A stretch of DNA of 64,000 nucleotides, taken from assembly GCF_964204645.1 (NCBI RefSeq), contig NC_134027.1:15470485-15534484 (forward strand), given 5' to 3'. Position 1 is the first letter of the stretch, and every line of letters starts with the position of its first letter. Source of the DNA: Tubulanus polymorphus (Eukaryota; Animalia; Nemertea). The notes beneath the pieces are model-generated. The model searched no databases and had not been told where the DNA came from. It saw only the letters and a program-made list of their open reading frames with translations. This document shows, in pieces, positions 49,122 to 60,616 of this stretch. Position numbers and translations under genes: made by a program.

Positions 49122-49877
49122 AAATATGTTATGTATAATTAATACACTGTAATTTTGTAAACAGACTATGATGTTAACCATGCTTGTAAAGATACACTTT
49201 TGGAATTTTCATAATAAAGCTCATTTATAATTTCATTGCAGACTTATTTGTTTTGATGTCGTAGAGGTTTTCAAAATGCCTAAAAAGGTCAGAAGTCGGT
49301 CTCACTCCCGAGCATCAAAGGACACCCACTCTCAAAGAAATAGGCGAGCGCAGGAAAGTCCCCTACAAACATCAGAACATATGTCGTGTTCGTGACTAAC
49401 TGCAGGCACTAAGATTGCACCCCCAACTTACGTTTGGAGATTTGTGATTTCATTAGACTGGGAGTTTCTGACAACTTCGCTGAGGAAACTCTACCACATG
49501 ATATCATACGTCACCACTGTGGTAAACTGTACGATGTTAACTGCGCACACTGTAGTGCATACAGATGGCCTGATGAAAAGCCATCTATATGTTGCAAAAA
49601 TGGTAAAATTGTAGTGCAACAATTACCTGTACCATCTGATATATGTCATCTCTTTGAAAATGATGCAACTTTCTTAAATAATATCCTGGCGTACAATAAT
49701 GCATTAGCCCTGGCCTCAATTGGCTGTACGACGGTAACACCACCAGGTTTCAACCCGACATTTAAGATACAGGGTAAAATGTATCACCAGATTGGGTCTC
49801 TGTTGCCAGAAGAACACGCTATACCAAAATATGCCCAGCTGTTCTTTTATGACACAGACAATGAGGTTCATAACCGT

Positions 49878-52556
49878 TTGTATCATATGAGAGATTTGAA
49901 TCGTGATGTCCTAAGTAAGCTGCAACAGTACCTTCATGAGGTCAACTCATATGTGCAATCATTCAAATGTGCTCTTGAACTCTCATCAAACACTGATGAA
50001 GATATACGCATTGTTCTTCATGCTGACCAAAAATTGAAACCGTCGTATGAGCACTGTAGATCATATAATTTACCAATGGCATCTGAGGTATCGGCTCTAC
50101 TTTCTGGAGATATATATGAAAGTGCTGATATCGTAATCCAATGTCACGAAGGTAGTATGCGGCGTATCAGTAATCACCACCGGTCGTATGATCCTCTACA
50201 CTATGTCCTATTGCTTCCGTTTGGGACTGATGGTTGGCAGTTAGGTCTCAAGACTACTGAAAACAAAACACTGACAGCACTTGATTACTATTCGTATCGT
50301 CTCCATGTTCGTAAGGATGACTTCAATATACTGATGAGAGGGCGCAGACTATTTCAACAATACGCAATTGATCAGTGGGCTAAAATTGAAATGGCACGAC
50401 TGCATTGGGCCAAAATTCATCAGAAAACCATCAGGGCGGAAAAATACAGCGGCTTGCATGATGCCTTACAGAATGGTGATACTGTGAACCCAGGAAAAAA
50501 AATCATTTTGCCACCAACAATATATGGTTCACCACGATTCTATTCAGAGGCTTTTCAAAATGCAATGACTATTGTCAGGCATATTGGTAAGCCTGATTAC
50601 TTCATAACATTTACCACTTACCCCAAATGGCCTGAAATACAAGAATAATTGTTTCCGGGTGAGCGAGCGCATGATCAACCAGACATCACTGCCAAAGTTT
50701 TTAAGATGAAGTATGATTTTCTCATGGATGACATTCTGAAAAAGCATGTGCTGGGCCGTGTTAAAGCACATACAGCGACCATTGAATGGCAGAAACGTGG
50801 GCTCACACATGCTCACATTCTGCTAAATTATGCATGGTGAAGACAAGCCACGGACTCCTGAAATCATTGACAAGGTTGTGAGTGCTGAAATCCCAGATAT
50901 ATCTGTAAATCCACATCTGCACAAAATAATCACTGGTAACAATATACATGGACCATGTGGTACAATCAATCCTTCAAGTCCTTGCATGGACGGAACTGGT
51001 GTAAATAGGCGATGTACGGAAGATTTTTTCCAAAGATGTTCTCTGATCGGACGGTCGTCCATGATGACAAATACCCTGTCTATAAACGGAGATCACCAGA
51101 GAAAGGCGGTTTCAGCCATAAAATTTGTATTTGTAATGCCGATTTCACTGTAGATAACTCATTTGTGGTTCCTTATTGTCCACTGCTGTCACCTAGGTAC
51201 GATGCTCACATTATGAGAGATTGTATCATATGAGAGATTTGAATCGTGATGTCCTAAGTAAGCTGCAACAGTACCTTCATGAGGTCAACTCATATGTGCA
51301 ATCATTCAAATGTGCTCTTGAACTCTCATCAAACACTGATGAAGATATACGCATTGTTCTTCATGCTGACCAAAAATTGAAACCGTCGTATGAGCACTGT
51401 AGATCATATAATTTACCAATGGCATCTGAGGTATCGGCTCTACTTTCTGGAGATATATATGAAAGTGCTGATATCGTAATCCAATGTCACGAAGGTAGTA
51501 TGCGGCGTATCAGTAATCACCACCGGTCGTATGATCCTCTACACTATGTCCTATTGCTTCCGTTTGGGACTGATGGTTGGCAGTTAGGTCTCAAGACTAC
51601 TGAAAACAAAACACTGACAGCACTTGATTACTATTCGTATCGTCTCCATGTTCGTAAGGATGACTTCAATATACTGATGAGAGGGCGCAGACTATTTCAA
51701 CAATACGCAATTGATCAGTGGGCTAAAATTAAAATGGCACGACTGCATTGGGCCAAAATTCACCAGAAAACCATCAGGGCGGAAAAAGACAGCGGCTTGC
51801 ATGATGCCTTACAGAATGGTGATACTGTGAACCCAGGAAAAAAAATCATTTTGCCACCAACAATATATGGTTCACCACGATTCTATTCAGAGGCTTTTCA
51901 AAATGCAATGACTATTGTCAGGCATATTGGTAAGCCTGATTACTTCATAACATTTACCACTTACCCCAAATGGCCTGAAATACAAGAATAATTGTTTCCG
52001 GGTGAGCGAGCGCATGATCAACCAGACATCACTGCCAAAGTTTTTAAGATGAAGTATGATTTTCTCATGGATGACCTTCTGAAAAAGCATGTGCTGGGCC
52101 GTGTTAAAGCACATACAGCGACCATTGAATGGCAGAAACGTGGGCTCACACATGCTCACATTCTGCTAAATTATGCATGGTGAAGACAAGCCACGGACTC
52201 CTGAAATCATTGACACGGTTGTGAGTGCTGAAATCCCAGATATATCTGTAAATCCACGTCTGCACAAAATAATCACTGGTAACAATATACATGGACCATG
52301 TGGTACAATCAATCCTTCAAGTCCTTGCATGGACGGAACTGGTGTAAATAGGCGATGTACGGAAGATTTTTTCCAAAGATGTTCTCTGATCGGACGGTCG
52401 TCCATGATGACAAATACCCTGTCTATAAACGGAGATCACCAGAGAAAGGCGGTTTCAGCCATAAAATTTGTATTTGTAATGCCGATTTCACTGTAGATAA
52501 CTCATTTGTGGTTCCTTATTGTCCACTGCTGTCACCTAGGTACGATGCTCACATTA
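49878..52556 (+). repeat. Tandem duplication inside Helitron Rep (49878-51213, 51221-52556)
   Basis: Offset 1343, 7-nt filler TGAGAGA, a handful of substitutions. Confidence 0.95.
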
Positions 52557-55058
52557 ATGTTGAAGTTGTCCATTCGGTACAGGCTGTGAAATACCTACCT
52601 GTACAAGTATATCACAAAACGACAGGACAAAGTGATAGTGTCTCTGGATGATGGGACGTCAGCGCAAGATGAGATATCAACTTACCTAAACGCATGCTAC
52701 ATATCAGCCAGTGAAGCATTCTGGAAAATATATGGCTTTCCATTCACCAGAAATATCCTCCAGATGAGAAATTGCCATGTCACTTACCAAATGACCAAAC
52801 AGTGCTTTTCCAAGCAGATGATGCTGCCAATGTTATTAATCGTGGACCACCCACCACCAAATTGACTGCCTTCTTTCAAATGAATGCAGAGGATGCAACT
52901 GCACGATCAGTTCTCTACCCAGAATTCCCACGATACTTCACATGGAACACGTCTGGTAAGAAATGGCAACGACGGAAACGTGGCACAGTCAATGGCTATG
53001 GTCATACTACATCAGATGTACTAGGACGTATACCCACCATTTCATTTAGTGCCCATCAAACTGAATTGTATTTCTTACGTTTGCTCTTACACCATCGACC
53101 AGGACCCACAAGCTATGAGGATCTCTGTACTATAAATGGTGAACTCTGCCCTACATTCCAAGATGGATGCCTGAAACTTGGCCTCATAACTGATGATGAT
53201 GAAATAAATCGGGCCATGGAAGAAGCTTCTAACCTGAAATTAGGGTCTCAATTAAGAAACTTCTTTGCAACACTCCTCATCTACTGTAGGCCAGCAGATC
53301 CATTACAGTTTTGGAAAAAGTGGAAAACTGAGTTCAGCGGTGATCTAATGCACCAATTTGACGTCCGTGAAGTAACTACTACAGTTGAAAATGAAGTTCT
53401 CCTTCAATTACAAGGCCTCCAACGCGAGGGTCTGGATCTCTCAAGAGATTTTTCACTTCTGTCACCAACATCAAGTTCAGTTAGGACATCGCCTAGAGTT
53501 ATCGTTGAAGAAACATCTTATGATATACCAGCAATGAAGACGGCACTCAGAAAAATTGCCAACATTAAACGCTGAACAGAAATCTATCTACGATGCAGTT
53601 ATGGGATCATTTGAGAATGATGAAGGCAAACTATACTGCATTAATGCAAGTGGTGGAACCCGGAAGACATACTTACTCAATGTTATACTTACAGCAGCTA
53701 GAGGTAATGGTTATGTAGCACTTGGTACTGCACTTTCTGGAATTGCGTCAACCCTCCTAGACAATGGTAGAACCCTGTAAAATACCTATAAACATCAAAG
53801 CTGACTCAACATGCAACATATCTAACACCTCTGCTACCGCTCAGCTGCTTAGACAAACGGAATTGTTGATCATTGATGAGGTATCAATGGGCCATAAACA
53901 TATCTTTGAATGCCTGGATAGATCATTACAAGATATACGTAGTAACTCTTTCCTAATCAGAGGACTTACTATTGTGTTTGCCCGAGATTGGCATCAAATA
54001 TTACCCGTTGTGCGTCATGGATCCCGACCTCAAATTGTTGATGCTTCCCTGAAGCGTTCATATCTATGGAACCATGTTGAAATGTTTCACCTGACTCAAA
54101 ATATGAGGATCCACTCGACAGATGACCAGGATTTTCCAAACTTCCTCATGTCGATAGGCAATGGTACAGCAGAGAAATTTCCAGAAATTGGACCAAATGC
54201 AGTTAAAGTGCCTGATCAGCTTACATTACCATCTTGCAAACTGGAGGACCTCTGTGCACGGCTGTACGGCGTTTCGCTTCGATTGTCAATAGCGATTATT
54301 GATCCACGGCGGGGTCACGTGACCATCGCGCGCATGCTCCAAATGCTTAAGTACGCGATCTAACGGTTTTTCCTAGCTCCCTTAGTGTGCTTAAACGAAC
54401 GAGGTTGACTTGATGCAATCCCCTGTAGCAGGTTCTTGAGTATATAGATTAGTTCGTAAGGGTATTAAACGCCATTTACCTGCGACTCTTTTGCCGCCAG
54501 ACCGCTTCAAAGTGGAGAGAAAATTTAACGACTCGGGCGATACAAGTCTTGGGTAAGATACTTTATATATCGAAAATATAGTACGATGGATCGTTTATAA
54601 TTTTCGTCTATGAACTATATGAGCTTTTTAGCTTTCGTTTGATGTATAAAACGTCGGCCTTCCCTATCGATGATGGGAGAACAAGTGGAGCTCAACACGA
54701 CTCGGCCGTGGTAGGCTATGGCTAATTATTTAGGCCACTCGAGATGCGAGCTCGTCGCATTAGGCTATTTACCTGTTTACAATCCAGCACACTTCTTCAC
54801 TTTCCGGATCGACCACAATACCAAAAGGCCTATTCAAACTATTACTAAGTACTGTGGTCACTCATTGGGCCAGTATTATTTTTTCAAATCTAGGCCAGGC
54901 CTCTTATGTCTAATAAGTAGGGTTTTCGGTATTATTTTCAGTTTCTTTTTTATTGCTATTACGCATGTCGGTAGGCTGGTGGATGAATGGCCTTGGGTGT
55001 TTGAATTCGAACCCTTAAGCTCGACATCTTTCCACTTTGGTAAGTAGGGCTAAGCTTC

Positions 55059-55440
55059 CTAATCAGAAATTGTCTATAAAATGCACAACTACCCTATGAT
55101 TTTTGGAATATTTTCAGTTTTCTCGTTGGAAATAATTTGGAGTTCGAATTCAGCCCCTTACTCAAAATTTTGTTGTCGCTCCAGTTAGTATTCCTAATCA
55201 GAAATTGTCTATAAAGCACACAACTAGGCCTACTACATGGAGTTGATATATATTTTCAGTTTTCTCGTCGGTCTACTTCAACTCTCACTGTTTGAATTCA
55301 GACAGTTGCAGTTGCAGACATTTTGTCGTCGCTCGGTAAGTATTCTATTACTAATCAGAAATCAGAAATTGTCTAAAAATGCCAAGCTGCATGAAGCTGA
55401 TTTTTCCAAATATATTTTCAGTTTTCTTGTCGACTTCTAC
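55059..55440 (+). repeat. Three degenerate ~135-155-bp direct repeats
   Basis: Recurring CTAATCAGAAATTGTCTA...TATTTTCAGTTTTCT. Confidence 0.6.
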
Positions 55441-56340
55441 AACTTCAAAATGTCACAACACTCTGGTAAGTTGAGCAACAACAAAATTAATTTTTTAGTT
55501 CATATGGATGAAATTGAAAGATCTTTAAAAACATTGCTATTTCTATTTTTCAGGTGGATCGCTTGGTTCAAAAGTTGGCGCTGGCGGGAAAAAACGACGG
55601 TTGGGCCAAAAAAGAAACTGTGAGTCTAAATTTCATGAAAAACTCTTGTTGACTTTTTGATACTAATAAAGAATTCCTTAAGATATTCATTGTTCCTTTA
55701 ATTCATTCATTGCATTTTATTTCTGCGAATGGTTTCTGGTTCGTGTTTCACATGATTGATCATGCATTTGTAAGTTCTAGATTTTCAGTAACCTTGAATT
55801 TGTTATTCAATCCAGAAAGCTTACTCTTATAAAAAGATACATGTCTTATTCAAATTTTGGAATACTCTGTTCCAGTTCATGGGAATCCAGGATGAAGTCA
55901 TAATTTTAGGGATTAGAAAATCCATATCGGGGTTGTAGTCACGTAGTGATATTTTTTGGGAAAATAGATTGAATAAATAAAACCTTGAATATCCTGGGCC
56001 CGGTTTCATAGACTGAGTACCAAATAATCCTCAATCGGTGTGACAACCACCATAGTGAAAATGAGAAACCATGGTTATAACTGACAATTTTGTAAATGTT
56101 CCGAAACTATTTTGCTTCCACACATCTCTGAAACCCAGCCCTGGTGTAGAAATGAACTCAAATAAAATCACAAACAGATCAAGCTTCAAATGATTAATAA
56201 CAAATGTCATACATGTACTGAATTTTATCAATTATGACGATTTATTTCACTGAGATATAGTTAGATATAGAAAAACTTGCACTTAATTGTGACGTAGTAA
56301 AATACATTTGATTATTAATCAATTACTCTAGAATTATGAA

Positions 56341-58866
56341 TTGTTTTGCCTCTATCTTCTTCACTCTTACTCATCTTCAACTTCAATTTGCCTAGGTAAA
56401 AAAAAACTGGAGTTCATAAATTCTCCACCCCATAAAGATGAGTCAACTTTGACAGAGCCATGCTTAGATACTATAAGCATTACAACTGACGAAGAATCAA
56501 ATTTCTGGCAAAAGTCTGACTCAACAAGAATCATTGAATTGGAAAATGAAGTTTCAACTTTGAGAAATCAAATAACAGAAAAAGACAAAATAATCAATCA
56601 GCAAAATATAACTATTTCTTCATTACAATCTCAATTAAAATCAAATGTACCAGTAATCCCTACCCCGTCAGTGTCAGCATCTAGAAACACGCTTAATAGT
56701 CGCGCAGATAAATTGAAAGCTTTTGTTGAAGGAATATCATCACCAGAAAGTAACGTCCAAGATTCTGCTTGTACACTCGCCAAATTTTTCAAAAGGTATC
56801 CCACGGTAACGAATGCAGCCTTACGTGAAGCTGATATCAAACTGTTCCACATGCTCACCCCAAAACAGGCTGTTGACATTAAGTTGAGGCAACGAATGCC
56901 AATGATTCGTCTTCTTGATTTGAAGAGAGATTTAAAAAACTTTGACATTCCTGTATTTCCAACTGTGGCAGAAATTCGAACTGAAATAAAAAACAGAGAA
57001 ATGTCATTTGCCCCTTATGTCATTGCGGGTGAAGAAATCCTAGAGATTAATTCCCGTACACACGAAAGAAAACTTGCGCCCTATGTAATCATAGATGATT
57101 TTCACGCACAAGCTCAAAGACATGCAGAACATCCGCACAAAATTGGAAATCTCTTATTCCATCAAAACTTTCACGATGAAATATGGATTAAGACAGGAAT
57201 TGATAAGGGGGGTGGGAGTACAAAAATGGTTTTTTCCATAGTTAATGGGCTATCACCCAATAGCCCCGATAGTTGTGAATTGGTCGGTTATTTTGAAGCA
57301 ACTGATAATGCTGAAAACTTGAAGATGATTTTCGGGCCATTAAAAGAGGCATTAGAAACCCCATTCACAATTTTTCTAGATGGAAAAACAATACAAGCTC
57401 GAACTTTTTTCATCGGGGATCTTGCATATCAAAGCACAATGATGGGTCATCAGGGCTCAACAGCATCTTATCCATGTCTTAAGTGCATGGTGCCTCTTGA
57501 TCATCTGAGAAAAAAAGATGGCACCTCTCATTCCGCGAACACTTATCAAAACCGTAGTATTAACCACTATATCGAAAGTTCTAAATTAATCGAGACGGCA
57601 CCAACCATGATTGGCCCGTCATCGCACAGTATTAGTGGTCCTATGCTGTATAGGCCACTTGATTTAGAACACTTAGTACCACCTCCTCTTCACATAACAT
57701 TAGGAATCGGACTAAAAATCTATGATATGGTCGAAGACAAATGTTAAGATCTCGACCATTCAACATTAGGGAACAGAGACCCAGAACTGTACCATAAATG
57801 GAAAAGTGTATCAAACGTAGTCCAAAATCTTGTAAATGAATTGGAAGATTTGAAATTAATACTCGCACAAAATATCGAGACTATAGATGTATTGAAAAGA
57901 GCAGATCAGAGGCGACGTTCACCATTTCATTGTGGTGCCCCAATTTGTGTCATACAGGAAATAGAAAATGGAAATGTTAACAACTTTGAATACTGTACCT
58001 CTTGTGATTCACCGTACCACACTGACTGCATTTCGATTTATGGCACTGTGGAAGCGTTTAAGTGCATAAGGTGTCTCAAACCCAATAGTACAGGCCATAA
58101 GTTCTTGAAAAACCTTGAATCTGAAACTAATAAAATCAAATCTGACATAAAGGCAAAGAAAGATCAAATAAGACCTAGAAAATTAAAGCTAGATGAAATT
58201 TACAAAGAGGTTTGCTCAAAAATGGGTCCACTACAGTCAGCGCTCAATGAAAAACTGCATGAAATTGGGATAGACAGACAGGCTTACCATTCACTTTCAT
58301 TCAATGGTAACCATATCAACAAGCTGTTGAACATAAACCCTGATAAAGGAATAAATAATCCGGTTAAATTACTATCTGTACTATCAGATTACCCAGACAT
58401 TCAGCTCATATACCAAGAATTATTTCAACGGTTCGCACAAATGTACAAACTGTATTCTGCATGTAGATTTTTATCAGATGAAGAAGTGGCAGATTTAGAA
58501 ACCTTTTGTAAGGATTTCGGTGCTTGGTTTCCAAGAACTTTCCCGGAACAAACAATAACACCCAAAATGCATATGTTAATTTTTCATGTGCCTGAATTTG
58601 TCAATATCTGGCGTTCTCTAGGAATGTTCGGGGAACAGGGCTTGGAAAGCAAGCACGCTAGCATGAATAGGGATGTCCGTGTTTATTCATGCTTGAGAAA
58701 TAAAGTTACACGAGCGAAACTGATGTTTATCAACCAGGGTTTGTATAGTACTAAGTCCAAAACCGATGTCCGCGTTACACGAAAATGTTTTTGTGGAGGT
58801 TTCTACAAAAAAAATGGAGACACACGTTCTTGTAAATTATGTTTAAATATTGCAAACATACATTAG
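56341..58866 (+). pseudogene. RAG1/Transib/Chapaev-like DDE transposase with internal PHD finger; single premature stop
   Basis: GIDKGG, FIGDL, GHQG...YPCLKC, PLHITLG, FNGNH, TPKMHMLIFH, LGMFGEQGLESKH. The two ORFs are in frame across TAA 57745-57747. Probable small upstream exons at ~55450 and ~55554. Confidence 0.85.
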
Positions 58867-58896
58867 TCTTGCTTGTGTAACATGATTTACGGCTGT

Positions 58897-59811
58897 CTAT
58901 CTGTCTGTTTGTCTGACAGTAGAGAAGTGGATGGGAAATGGGCAACTCTATGGTTTTTAAACCATAGAGTTATGTTCGGGTTTAATCCCTCCCGCTCGCT
59001 CTACTGTCAGCCGATTAAATATTAATGTATTCTGTTTGTCTATGTCTGTCTGTCCATCTGTCTGTTTGTCTGACAGTAGAGAAGTGGATGGGAAATGGGC
59101 AACTCTATGGTTTTTAAACCATAGAGTTATGTTCGGGTTTAATCCCTCCCGCTCGCTCTACTGTCAGCCGATTAAATATTAATGTATTCTGTTTGTCTAT
59201 GTCTGTCTGTCTGTCTATCTGTCTGTTTGTCTGACAGTAGAGAAGTGGATGGGAAATGGGCAACTCTATGGTTTTTAAACCATAGAGTTATGTTCGGGTT
59301 TAATCCCTCCCGCTCGCTCTACTGTCAGCCGATTAAATATTAATGTATTCTGTTTGTCTATGTCTGTCTGTCAGTCTATCTGTCTGTTTGTCTGACAGTA
59401 GAGAAGTGGATGGGAAATGGGCAACTCTATGGTTTTTAAACCATAGAGTTATGTTCGGGTTTAATCCCTCCCGCTCGCTCTACTGTCAGCCGATTAAATA
59501 TTAATGTATTCTGTCTGTCTATGTCTGTCTGTCAGTCTATCTGTCTGTTTGTCTGACAGTAGAGAAGTGGATGGGAAATGGGCAACTCTATGGTTTTTAA
59601 ACCGTAGAGTTATGTTCGGGTTTAATCCCTCCCGCTCGCTCTACTGTCAGCCGATTAAATATTAATGTATTCTGTTTGTCTATGTCTGTCTGTCAGTCTA
59701 TCTGTCTGTTTGTCTGACAGTAGAGAAGTGGATGGGAAATGGGCAACTCTATGGTTTTTAAACCGTAGAGTTATGTTCGGGTTTAATCCCTCCCGCTCGC
59801 TCTACTGTCAG
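58897..59811 (+). repeat. Six-unit 161-bp tandem array of ~99-nt hairpins with (GTCT)n spacers
   Basis: Core starts at 58913, 59070, 59231, 59392, 59553 and 59714. Outer IR CTGACAGTAGAG/CTCTACTGTCAG; inner IR AACTCTATGGTTT/AAACCATAGAGTT. Confidence 0.95.
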
Positions 59812-60158
59812 CGGCTGTAAACGTTTCAATAAAATCTTAATCTACTTACAACAATCCTTTCTACTTCACATCGGCATCACTTGAATTTAACTCTTGGAAA
59901 TATCGCATCATCGCAGTATGTCATCTCCAGTAGGCTATGTCCTAATGAGTACAACAACAAAAATTTAGACAAAATATCGAGGTCAAGGGACTGACTAGCA
60001 CAAAGCTGAAATAATTTTTGTGACAGCTTCTTTTTACAAATTGATTCACTTATGGCACCTCAGACTCAAAGACAAATTTCGCTAGTCCCAGTCAGACGAA
60101 TCTCGCCACCCGGCCCCCCACAGTCCCAGTCCCGAATGACAAGAATTTTTAATTTCAT

Positions 60159-60616
60159 CACAGGCACTTGAATATGGGCTTTGACCTTGTTGGTGTGTTA
60201 AAAATGATAAAATTTATTGTAATTTACGATAAAAACACCACGAAGTGGCATCGCAAATTTTCAAAAATCAATTTTGTTGCCAGTTGAAATCTTTAACGGA
60301 GCTAAAACTGTCAATATTTCCAAAAAATCATCTACAATTGAAATTATGGGCGCTCCTTGTATTTCAGGATTAAAATTAACACTTGGGACGTACTTCGGCA
60401 ATCATCGGCAGTGTTCGGCTGTCCCGATAGTTGCGGGTAGATTTAAGCATTACGGAGATAGGAGCGTTTCCAGCCTTTCTGTATAGTATAGTTAGACGAG
60501 GGGCACGCGTTGCATCACGGGTAACTTCAGGCGGATTATCGAAGTCAGGAATAACATATCGCTGGTGAATTGTTAAATATTTATCCATTATCAAAGCCCA
60601 TATTCAAGTGCCTGTG
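60159..60616. mobile_element. Nested non-autonomous TIR element with 7-bp TSD (P-like)
   Basis: Perfect 26-bp TIR CACAGGCACTTGAATATGGGCTTTGA; TSD ATTTCAT on both sides. Confidence 0.8.

Noticed and set aside
58897-59811. CRISPR array or hammerhead retrozyme
   Set aside because: Units are near-identical with no unique spacers and no cas genes. CTGACAG does not fit the hammerhead CUGANGA core on either strand.
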